The position numbers were made by a program, and so were the translations under genes. The notes beneath the pieces were generated by a model. That model made no database searches. It was given only the letters and a program-made list of their open reading frames with translations, and was not told where the DNA came from. This document shows, in pieces, positions 19,394 to 27,991 of a DNA stretch of 64,000 nt (positions within the stretch are counted from its first letter, which is position 1; every line of letters starts with the position of its first letter). Source of the stretch: an uncultured Methylococcaceae bacterium (GTDB lineage: Bacteria > Pseudomonadota > Gammaproteobacteria > Methylococcales > UBA1147); assembly GCA_964619885.1 (NCBI GenBank), contig CAZUGA010000017.1, forward strand, positions 19,714 through 83,713, written 5' to 3'.

Positions 19394-21136
19394 TTGGCAA
19401 AAAAATACGCGCTTTTGATTGGTAATACGGATTACAAAGACGAACATTTACCGCAATTGAGTGGTTCGCTTGTGGATATTAAATCCGTAGCAGCGGTGTT
19501 GAATAATCGGAAAATTTGTGGATTCGATGAGGTCATACGACTGCCAAACCCGACGTTTTCAGAGTCTATGCGGGCTTTGAGTCAGTTATTTGCAAATAAG
19601 ACCAAGGATGAACTGCTATTGTTTTATTTTAGCGGACACGGAGTTAAAGATCACGCGGGCGACTTGTTCTTCGCGATCAAGGAAACCGAGCATGGGTTGT
19701 ATGACGGAACCGCGATCGCGGCGTCACTGCTGAAAAACATCGTTAACAAAAGCGGCTCGCATCGCCAGGTATTGATACTGGACTGTTGCCACAGCGGAGC
19801 CATCACGCAGGGCCTAAAAGGAATCGATACGATGGTGACAACCGATACGTTCGATGTTACAGGCTATGGCTGTGGGATTATTGCCGCAACCCGCTCGCAT
19901 CAATACGCGGCGGATAGTACTGGCAGCGATGAAAGTAGCCAGCGTTCGTTATTTACGCATTTTTTGGTCGAAGGCTTGGAAACGGGTGCGGCAGCGGACG
20001 AAAGCTCCGATACGGTAACCGTCGAACAGCTCTACCAGTATGTCCACAAAAAAGTTACCGAAGTTCGGCCGGGTATGCAACCTGTGTACATCTGCGACCA
20101 ATCGATCGGGCGGATTGGATTGGCGAAGAATCCGCGCCAAGTTTTTAAATTGCCTGAGGATCTAATGAATGATCTGGTGGATGCCAACCCAAGGACCCGC
20201 ATCGGTGTATTACGCGAATTGAATACAATTGTTGTGAAAGGGGATGAGCGGAAGCGTGCAGCAGTACAAAATGTGCTGAGTGCTCGAATGGACGAAGAAC
20301 GTGACCGTTTTGTACACCAGGAGATTGAGCAATTGTTGACGGTCTTGAGCGAAGTCACCGCGGACACTGTTAAACCCGAGCGTATCTCAGTAACTCGTCC
20401 TGAAAATACCGATTCTCTTGACCCGGGACGGGTATTTAGTGATACCTTGAAAGACGGTTCGAATGGTCCCGAGATGATGGTAATACCTGCAGGAAAATTC
20501 CGAATGGGGGATATTTCAGGCAATGGGGATGAAGATGAAAAACCGGTTCACGAGGTCAAAATCGAACGTCTGTTCGCATTGGGTAAGTACCCGGTAAGCT
20601 TTGCCGAATACGATTATTATTGCGACCAGACCGGCGTGGACAAACCCGGTGATGAAGATTGGGGCCGAAATGATCGTCCGGTCATCAATGTTTCTTGGAA
20701 CGATGCTGTTGCGTACATCGAATGGTTGAGGGAACAAACTGGTAAGCGCTACCGTTTGCCTTCCGAGGCCGAATGGGAATACGCGGCACGGGGCGGGACA
20801 GACACAGCGTATTGGTGGGGAGATGAAGCCGACAAAAATCTTGCGAATTTTAGCGGCAAAAAAACCAATCCGGTGAAAAAATTCAAAGCGAATCTATTCG
20901 GCTTACACGACACATTGGGTAATGTTTGGGAGTGGGTGCAAGATACATGGCACGAGAATTATCAGTCTGCTCCATGCGATGGTTCTGCCTGGTTGGACGA
21001 TGAACTTCGACTCCGCGTACTGCGTGGCGGCTCTTGGTACAGTGAGCCGAACTACGCGCGTTCGGCGTTCCGGAACAGGGACGAACCGGAGTACTCGAAC
21101 TACAATGTTGGATTTCGCTTGGCCCAGGACCTTTAG
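19394..21136 (+). CDS. DGR target protein 2
   Basis: TTG start. Paralog of target 1 with YFSGHG and LDCCHSG caspase motifs and C-terminal FGE motifs containing VR2. No TM helix is evident. Confidence 0.85.
   Translation: MAKKYALLIGNTDYKDEHLPQLSGSLVDIKSVAAVLNNRKICGFDEVIRLPNPTFSESMRALSQLFANKTKDELLLFYFSGHGVKDHAGDLFFAIKETEHGLYDGTAIAASLLKNIVNKSGSHRQVLILDCCHSGAITQGLKGIDTMVTTDTFDVTGYGCGIIAATRSHQYAADSTGSDESSQRSLFTHFLVEGLETGAAADESSDTVTVEQLYQYVHKKVTEVRPGMQPVYICDQSIGRIGLAKNPRQVFKLPEDLMNDLVDANPRTRIGVLRELNTIVVKGDERKRAAVQNVLSARMDEERDRFVHQEIEQLLTVLSEVTADTVKPERISVTRPENTDSLDPGRVFSDTLKDGSNGPEMMVIPAGKFRMGDISGNGDEDEKPVHEVKIERLFALGKYPVSFAEYDYYCDQTGVDKPGDEDWGRNDRPVINVSWNDAVAYIEWLREQTGKRYRLPSEAEWEYAARGGTDTAYWWGDEADKNLANFSGKKTNPVKKFKANLFGLHDTLGNVWEWVQDTWHENYQSAPCDGSAWLDDELRLRVLRGGSWYSEPNYARSAFRNRDEPEYSNYNVGFRLAQDL
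21003..21127 (+). repeat. DGR variable repeat VR2 (3' end of target 2)
   Basis: Matches the TR. In the core there are 11 mismatches at TR adenines plus one G to A at 21019. Confidence 0.85.
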
Positions 21137-21283
21137 CCCTTTTTGCTTTGTTCTTTTACCCTTTTTTATCTGGTGTTAAAAAAGTCTGGAATAGTTAATT
21201 TTACATGCCATTTTTCTAAATCAGCGTCCAAAAAATGATTTACCAAAACGGAAAATAGTGCAGGTTTTCTGCTTTCATTTTCG

Positions 21284-21813
21284 CTAGCGAAAATGAAAGC
21301 GGATAATATCCAAAATATGGGTTAGGCCCTGACCCTGCGCCAAACTTTGCGCGGTGTTGGCTTGGTGGTCGGCGATGGTGGGGTTTGCGCCGTTCTTCAT
21401 CAGTAATTCTACGATTTTTTCCTGTCCGAATAACGAAGCCATCATCAACGCGGTTTGCCCGGCGTTGTTTCGGTGGTTGATGTCGCATTCGGTGTGTTCG
21501 ATCAGCCATTGCGCAGTTTGGGTATGCCCCTTGAACGCGACCCCATAAAAGCATTGCTACCTCTGGCATCCTGAGCACAAGCATTGGCACCGAAGGCGAG
21601 CAAATGCGCCGCGGTATCGTGATGCCCGTAATAGGTGGCGAGTATAAAAAGATTGTCACCGCGATCATTGCGCGCGTGAATATCGCCGCCAGCGGTGGCG
21701 TAGCTTCGAATGGCATTGATATTTCCGGTCCGGGCGGCATCGAAAGCGTCGATGTCTTCCGCTACAACCGAGTAAGAAATGACTAGTAAGCCTATGGCTA
21801 TGATTTTATTCAT
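21284..21813 (-). pseudogene. ankyrin-repeat protein with signal peptide, interrupted by a -1 frameshift near 21507 (G-run)
   Basis: The 103-aa ORF 21502-21813 ends at a stop, but ankyrin repeats continue in another frame (VAFKGHTQTAQWLIEHTECDINHRNNAGQTALMMAS...) down to the stop at 21284. Confidence 0.55.
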
Positions 21814-21888
21814 GCTGTTCTCCGTTAATAAATTTTATCAATCGCAAGATTGGGGCGGCAAAATATCTGCCGCCCTTAAATGGGTTGT

Positions 21889-22998
21889 CTAATTGGGATA
21901 AATTGCGGCAAGTTCTTTAACTTTGGTCATGTTTGCGTTGGCGGCAATACCGACCCGCATGCCATACTCGGGATCCGCCTTGTAAAGATACGATGTGATG
22001 ATATTGCGAATTTCCGGGCTTTTGACCTGGACCAAATCGCCACCGAATGCTTCCACTAACGCGTTTTTTGATCGGGCATCGAAGGACTGGTACAAATCCC
22101 CGGCTTGCTTGAAATCCTGGGTTTTGTGGAACGGGATTTGTTGTGTTGAACCGTTTAACGGTGTCGCGCAAGCCTTGTAATCCGCGTGGGTTACCGCGTA
22201 GCCTGCATCGCTTTGGTAGCGGCTGGGAAAATAATTGACGCTCTGCGCTTTGGTGGACGAAAAACCAATGCCGTCTTGAACGCTGATGGCGTGAACCGGC
22301 GAACGGGGTTTGTTGGGTGCTAATTCCAAATGGTTGGCGCCCAACCGGTAGCGCTGCGTGTCGGCGTACGAAAACAAGCGTCCCTGCAACATCCGGTCTT
22401 CCGAGGGTTCGATGCCGGGGATCATATTGCTCGGCGCAAACGCGGCTTGTTCGGTCCATTGGAAGAAGTTGTCCGGTACTTCGTTCAATACCATTTCACC
22501 GACTTTGCGCGCGGGAACTTGGGATTCTGGCCAGATGACCGTGGTATCCAGTGGGTTAAACGCAAACCGACCCAATTGATTTGGATCCATGGTCTGGATG
22601 TACAGATCCCAAACTGGGAAGTTGCCGCGGTCAATATTTTGGTATAAATCCTGGGTCAAATGGTTGAAGTTGGTCGCCTGGATTTTTTCCGCTTCTGCCG
22701 GTGTTAGACCTTTGATGCCCTGGCGTGATTTCCAGGTGAACTTAACATAGCGAACTTGGCAGTCGTCGGTGACGAATTTAAACGCGTGAACCCCGGAACC
22801 GTCCATCTGGCGCAAACTTTCGGGTATGCCCAACGGCGAGTACAAGAAGGTCAACATATGGGTCGCTTCGGGTTTGAACGAGAAAAAATCGAAATAGCGG
22901 TTTGGGTCCTGATTAAAGTCGCGTGACCGCAGAACCCCACCAAATATCGAGTCGGCAGACCGATAGATAGTTTGTTTGTAAAGAACACAAATAGTTCT
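21889..22998 (-). pseudogene. catalase, N-terminally truncated (lacks ~150 aa including distal-His region)
   Basis: Catalase core and C-terminal motifs are present (RLFSYADTQRYRLG, FDRERIPER-like). Similarity extends upstream of the annotated Met to an in-frame stop at 22999-23001, where homology ends abruptly. Confidence 0.75.
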
Positions 22999-23127
22999 TT
23001 ATTATATTTCACGGCCAACATATTAAATGCGCACCTTGCATTTTAAATCGGGTTGTTGTTTGACTTTGAAAAATATTACTATTTATATTCAATAACTTGC
23101 AATATTTGTGCGTGACATTCTGTCAAC

Positions 23128-23144
23128 TTGGCACAGCCTCTGCA
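23128..23144 (+). promoter_or_regulatory. candidate sigma54 -24/-12 promoter TTGGCAC-agcct-CTGCA upstream of GG-leader peptide array
   Basis: The GG and GC elements are spaced 12 nt apart, with one mismatch to TGGCAC-N5-TTGCA. It lies ~85 nt upstream of the first peptide ATG. Confidence 0.3.
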
Positions 23145-23227
23145 ATAACCCAGTCAAGCTATAAACGCTTGGATGTGTTTTAACCACGATTCATTACAAC
23201 GAAACGATTTTATTAGGAGAGCCAACC

Positions 23228-23497
23228 ATGACTACTGTAACGATTAAAGATTTGACCACCGAAAAAGAATTAGACCACAAAGCGATGTCTGAAGTCTCCG
23301 GCGGTAACGCTGCGATCGCAATGGCTGATAGCTTGGGTCTGGGCCTTTTCTTCGCCAGCCCTGTCATTCACAACGTCGCTAACGACCAATACAACATCGG
23401 TTCACAGAGCGCTGTCATCGGCGGCGGCAACCTGATCGGCGACGGCGTATTCGCACCGGTTCAATTTCAAGGTTTGTATCAAAGCAACAACGCTTAA
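23228..23497 (+). CDS. double-glycine leader peptide, bacteriocin/microcin-like precursor (paralog 1)
   Basis: The leader MTTVTIKDLTTEKELDHKAMSEVSGG fits the GG-leader consensus. The core is Gly/Ala/Asn-rich and has no Cys. Confidence 0.7.
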   Translation: MTTVTIKDLTTEKELDHKAMSEVSGGNAAIAMADSLGLGLFFASPVIHNVANDQYNIGSQSAVIGGGNLIGDGVFAPVQFQGLYQSNNA

Positions 23498-23538
23498 TTT
23501 TATTCACTGACTTATTTATTTAACGATTAATTGGAGAA

Positions 23539-23793
23539 ATGACCATGACAACTTTATCGATTACTGATTTGAGCAGCGAAAAAGCATTGGACCGTAAGGA
23601 AATGTCTGAAGTATCCGGCGGCACCGACTTTTCGGCTTTGCTAGCCATCGCTAGCCCGTTTATCACGAATATTGCAAACGACCAGTACAACATTGGCGCG
23701 CAGTCGTCTTTCATCGGCGGCGGTAACTATATCGAAGACGGCGTCTACGCACCGGTTCAAATCCAGTGGATGAACCAAAGCAACAACGCTTAA
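23539..23793 (+). CDS. double-glycine leader peptide, bacteriocin/microcin-like precursor (paralog 2)
   Basis: Leader ...KALDRKEMSEVSGG, with a conserved core motif. Confidence 0.7.
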   Translation: MTMTTLSITDLSSEKALDRKEMSEVSGGTDFSALLAIASPFITNIANDQYNIGAQSSFIGGGNYIEDGVYAPVQIQWMNQSNNA

Positions 23794-23838
23794 TTTGAGT
23801 TATTAATTTTAATTTAACAATTATTTGGAGAAACTATC

Positions 23839-24111
23839 ATGACATTATCAATCAAAGATTTGAGCGTAGCTAAAGAAATGGACCGCAAGGAAATGACAGA
23901 AGTCTCTGGCGGGAACGCTGCACTGGCTATGGCCGGTGGCTTCGGACTGGATATTGCGGCTTTCATCGGTAGCCCAGTGATCCACAACGTCGCTAACGAT
24001 CAGTACAACACTGGCGCACAAAGCGCTGGAATCGGCGGCGGCAACATGGTCGGCGACGGCGTATTCGCACCGGTTCAGTGGCAGGATCTGTACCAAAGCA
24101 ACAACGCTTAA
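23839..24111 (+). CDS. double-glycine leader peptide, bacteriocin/microcin-like precursor (paralog 3)
   Basis: Leader MTLSIKDLSVAKEMDRKEMTEVSGG. The upstream spacer and leader are near-identical to paralog 4. Confidence 0.7.
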   Translation: MTLSIKDLSVAKEMDRKEMTEVSGGNAALAMAGGFGLDIAAFIGSPVIHNVANDQYNTGAQSAGIGGGNMVGDGVFAPVQWQDLYQSNNA

Positions 24112-24156
24112 TTTGAGTTATTAATTTTAATTTAACAATTATTTGGAGAAACTATC

Positions 24157-24429
24157 ATGACATTATCAATCAAAGATTTGAGCGTAGCTAAAGAAATGGA
24201 CCGCAAGGAAATGACAGAGGTCTCTGGCGGAAACGCTGCACTGGCTATGGCCGGCGGCTTCGGATTGGATCTTGCTGCTTTCATCGGTAGCCCGGTCATC
24301 CACAACGTGGCTAACGATCAGAAAAACACGGGCGCACAAGCTGCTTCCATCGGCGGCGGCAACTTAGTCGGCGACGGCGTATTCGCACCGGTTCAGTGGC
24401 AGTCTATGTACCAAAGCAACGTATCTTAA
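24157..24429 (+). CDS. double-glycine leader peptide, bacteriocin/microcin-like precursor (paralog 4)
   Basis: Tandem duplicate of paralog 3, with a ~318-bp repeat period. Confidence 0.7.
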   Translation: MTLSIKDLSVAKEMDRKEMTEVSGGNAALAMAGGFGLDLAAFIGSPVIHNVANDQKNTGAQAASIGGGNLVGDGVFAPVQWQSMYQSNVS

Positions 24430-24452
24430 TTGATTGCCTCAAGCTGTATCCC

Positions 24453-24482
24453 AAAACGGGGGTCTTCGGACCCCCGTTTTTT
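24453..24482 (+). terminator. rho-independent terminator (AAAACGGGGGTC-TTCG-GACCCCCGTTTTTT)
   Basis: GC-rich 9-bp stem, a UUCG loop and a T-run, immediately after the last peptide gene. Confidence 0.8.
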
Positions 24483-24659
24483 ATTGTTGGAAGCCAGTTC
24501 GTAATTGAAAACGGCTATAAAAGGTGGAGATCGACGATCGAAGGAATATAGAGAAAAAATATCGATCGAGACGGACCTCATGGCTCTACATGGTTCTTTC
24601 AGCCAATTATAAAAAGTGGACTTGCGAATATCCAACGGCCTGAGGGATTTCTGGAGGGG

Positions 24660-25110
24660 TAAATTGGATTATTCAACCAGCCGAATGATCTGGTACTTTT
24701 CGGAGGCTGTATACCTCATGTATTGTCCCCCCATCCCCGATCATACATTTTTTAAAGTAGACGGTTCTCCATAGACAGCAGGGTTTTGACTTTATCGGTC
24801 GTCGCTTCTCGAACCGTGTCACGCGTAAGCCGTTTTTCACCTGCTTCAAGCAATTCCTTCGACCAGCAATAGTAAATATTGGTATGACCCCTTCCCAGCG
24901 ACACAGCTCGGCAAGGCTGTCTTCACCCCGAAGACCTTCCAGTACAATACGAATCATTTCTTCAGCAGAATAATGACGTCGCGTGGCCCGACGGATATCT
25001 TGAACGGTTTTTTCTGCGCTGTGTTTCTTGGTCATCATCGTTTCCTCTTTGGGTCAACGATGAACCAAAACTGTCTCTTAGGCAATCAGGCTATTCTGTC
25101 CAACTTGGGC
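24660..25110 (-). mobile_element. IS3-family insertion sequence remnant (orfA with frameshift; orfB/integrase part absent)
   Basis: ORF 24673-25038 encodes an IS3-type OrfA N-terminus (MTKKHSAEKTVQDIRRATRRHYSAEEMIRIVLEGLRGEDSLAELCRWEG). An IS3-like continuation (NIYYCWSKELLEAGEKRLTRDTVREA) appears in another frame. No DDE catalytic domain follows. Confidence 0.55.
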
Positions 25111-25477
25111 TGACGGGGTACAACGCTAATTGGTAAAAAAGTCTCTCTTTGGAATGTATTACAACGTATACAAAAGCTAATTAGGCCCTTCAACCTGGGG
25201 CCACCTAAAGCGACGTTGCGCCAAGTTCACCTTACTAGTCAAACAGGATGGTACTCCAAAATTTATCGACTCGTTGTCGGTGGTGCAGTTAATCCTGGCT
25301 TAAGGTTCTTGAAAAAATCCGTGGAGGTAGTTGAAGAACCAAAGGTGTCAGCCATTTTGATATCTTTCTACTTGCCTTTTCATTACTTTTTCGATCGAAG
25401 GTTTTTTCCAGCAAATCCGCTCAAGAAGCGATGCTTATTGCTTGGAATAGGTGAATTGTTGCACGGTACCGAATAAT

Positions 25478-26986
25478 CTAATTGCTTCGGTCCAATTTTC
25501 GATAGCCAATTGCTTCGCTTAAATGTTTTATCTGGATTTGCTCCGATCCGGCTAAATCGGCGATGGTCCTGGCAACCTTCAAGATACGGTGGTACGCGCG
25601 GTGGGACAGTCCGAATTGATGCATGGCTTGTTCCATTAATTGATCCCCGGATTTTTCCAGTTGGCAATATTTCTTTACTTCCGGGGCGGTCATCGATGCG
25701 TTGGGTTGGCCACGTTGGGTGATAGCGCGGTCGCGGGCGATAATCACGCGTTGTCGGATCTGGCCGCTGGTTTCTTCGCCGTGGGGGCTGCCCTTGCGTA
25801 GAATCTTGTGTGCAATGCGCGGGACTTCCACATGAATGTCTATTCGATCCAACAATGGCCCGGATATCTTGCTTCGATAACGGCGTACTTGTTCTGAGGT
25901 GCAGCGGCATTTACCGGATTCATCCCCATAAAAGCCACAGAAACACGGATTCATTGCGGCGATTAATTGGAATTTTGCTGGATAATTGGCCTGTTGCGCT
26001 GCACGCGAAATGGTGATGTGTGCGGTTTCCAGGGGTTCGCGCAATACTTCCAGAACTTTCCGATCAAACTCGGGTAGTTCGTCCAAAAAAAGCGTGCCGT
26101 TATGTGCCAATGAAATTTCGCCGGGTTTTGGGTTGCTGCCACCGCCGACGAGTGCGGGCGCTGATGCGGTGTGGTGCGGCGCACGAAATGGCGGTTTTCG
26201 CCAATTTGATAAATCGATCGCCTGGTTGGCGACGGACATAATGGCGGCGGTTTCAAGTGCTTCATCTTCCGTAAGTGGCGGTAATATACTTGGCAGACGC
26301 GATGCGAGCATGGACTTACCCGTACCTGGAGGACCTATCATGACCAGATTGTGCGATCCGGCCGCGGCAACTTCCAACGCTCTTTTGGCGTGATATTGTC
26401 CGTGGACATCATGGAAATCGGGGCAATTCTGATTTGTCAAAGTGGATTGGGATGGCGCGGTGGGTTCGATTGGTTTTTGACCGTTCAAGTGTGCGCAAAT
26501 TTCCAAGAGGTGGTTGGCGCCAATAATATGAGCGTCCTTAACCATCGCGGCTTCGGTCTGGTTGCTGGTCGAAACCAGCAATGAGCGTCCCGCGTTTCGC
26601 GCCTGTACCGCAATCGGTAATGCGCCCTTGATTGGCCTGAGCTCTCCTCCAAGTGATAGTTCTGCGGCAAATTCGAGCTTTTCTAACTGGTCAATTTTGA
26701 TTTGGGCAGATGCAGCGAGTATGCCAATTGCGATGGGCAAATCGAAGCGACCGCCTTCTTTGGGTAGATCGGCCGGTGCTAAATTGACCGTGATTCGGCG
26801 GGTCGGAAATTCCAGCCGTGAATTTAGCAATGCCCCGCGTACCCTGTCTTTACTCTCTTTGACCGCCGTTTCGGGAAGGCCAACGATGGATAAACTGGGT
26901 AAGCCGTTGGATATATGGACTTCGACGGTGACTTGAGGAGCTTGTATGCCTTGGCTACCGCGGCTATATACAATGGCAAGAGACAT
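25478..26986 (-). CDS. yifB: YifB/ComM family Mg-chelatase-like AAA+ ATPase
   Basis: N-terminal Lon-like domain, Walker A GPPGTGKS, a sensor and a C-terminal Mg-chelatase subunit ChlI-like domain. Confidence 0.85.
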   Translation of the reverse strand: MSLAIVYSRGSQGIQAPQVTVEVHISNGLPSLSIVGLPETAVKESKDRVRGALLNSRLEFPTRRITVNLAPADLPKEGGRFDLPIAIGILAASAQIKIDQLEKLEFAAELSLGGELRPIKGALPIAVQARNAGRSLLVSTSNQTEAAMVKDAHIIGANHLLEICAHLNGQKPIEPTAPSQSTLTNQNCPDFHDVHGQYHAKRALEVAAAGSHNLVMIGPPGTGKSMLASRLPSILPPLTEDEALETAAIMSVANQAIDLSNWRKPPFRAPHHTASAPALVGGGSNPKPGEISLAHNGTLFLDELPEFDRKVLEVLREPLETAHITISRAAQQANYPAKFQLIAAMNPCFCGFYGDESGKCRCTSEQVRRYRSKISGPLLDRIDIHVEVPRIAHKILRKGSPHGEETSGQIRQRVIIARDRAITQRGQPNASMTAPEVKKYCQLEKSGDQLMEQAMHQFGLSHRAYHRILKVARTIADLAGSEQIQIKHLSEAIGYRKLDRSN

Positions 26987-27099
26987 AAGGTCCTTGTCGG
27001 TCGTTTCGCCAATAACTTGAGCGTACTACTCAATTGTAGAGCGTAAGAATTTGTGCGATACGCGTTTGAAGGGCTACGAAACCCACGCCCCGCTGAGAG

Positions 27100-27345
27100 C
27101 TATTCTGAATCTGCCTCCATTTTGGCGATTTGTTTTTCCAATGCGTCAAGTTTTTCCCGGGTCTTGGCTAGCACGGCTCTTTGTACCTCAAATTCTTCGC
27201 GCGAAACCAAATCCATTTTGGCGAAAGTACTTTGTAATACCGCGCGAAAATTCTTTTCTAAGTCTTTATGAAGATGCTGCAAACCCGTGGGCAAACTATT
27301 TGCTAACCGCCGGACCGTTTCATCTAGTGTATTCGAATCAATCAT
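27100..27345 (-). CDS. ubiK: ubiquinone biosynthesis accessory factor UbiK (YqiC/BMFP family)
   Basis: 81-aa coiled-coil protein with a typical YqiC-family sequence (VSREEFEVQRAVLAKTREKLDALEKQI). Confidence 0.65.
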   Translation of the reverse strand: MIDSNTLDETVRRLANSLPTGLQHLHKDLEKNFRAVLQSTFAKMDLVSREEFEVQRAVLAKTREKLDALEKQIAKMEADSE

Positions 27346-27431
27346 TCGTGAAGCATAGCGGAATGGGGGGGTGGGCGTCTACGAGAAACTGTAAGCGCGA
27401 TCTGCACCAACATGACGCGCCCGGGATCCTA

Positions 27432-27454
27432 AAGCGCACTAATATTGTGCGCTT
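27432..27454. promoter_or_regulatory. inverted repeat AAGCGCAC-N7-GTGCGCTT (NtrC-type enhancer-like site) upstream of glnK1
   Basis: Perfect 8-bp arms resembling the NtrC GCAC...GTGC half-sites. A second TGCACCA-like element lies at 27401. Confidence 0.3.
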
Positions 27455-27510
27455 CTGTCGGAGGCTTCCCGCGTTAAAGCTTATACTATTGATTTTTATA
27501 TTTAAAAAAT

Positions 27511-27526
27511 AGGCATACTTTGTGCT
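27511..27526 (+). promoter_or_regulatory. candidate sigma54 promoter AGGCAT-acttt-GTGCT upstream of glnK1-amtB1
   Basis: GG/GC spacing of 12 nt, ~100 nt upstream of the glnK ATG, in the position expected for an Ntr-regulated glnK promoter. Confidence 0.35.
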
Positions 27527-27623
27527 TTAACGAGTTCAGGAATACAGCGCTGCAGCTCTTGTGCTGCCAGAATACTCATAAATTAGGTCGTTGAACGATC
27601 TCAATAATATCAAGGGGGCGTAG

Positions 27624-27962
<339 letters not shown>

Positions 27963-27991
27963 TTTTTTAATAATTTCCGGGAGATATTGAA

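Noticed and set aside
21240-21740. 166-aa ORF (Pro/Arg-rich) overlapping the ankyrin gene
   Set aside because: It is the alternative frame of the frameshifted ankyrin-repeat gene. The ankyrin reading (two frames joined at ~21507) is the biologically sensible one.
22858-22998. Possibility that catalase is intact with an upstream alternative start
   Set aside because: Translating upstream in frame preserves catalase-like residues only to 22998, where an in-frame stop occurs. The ~150 N-terminal residues, including the heme distal site, have no counterpart in any frame of the following 230 bp.
23228-24429. Regularly spaced ~318-bp repeats (possible CRISPR-like array)
   Set aside because: The repeats are whole peptide genes with RBSs and open reading frames. 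The repeat unit is far longer than CRISPR repeats, and there is no short repeat-spacer periodicity.
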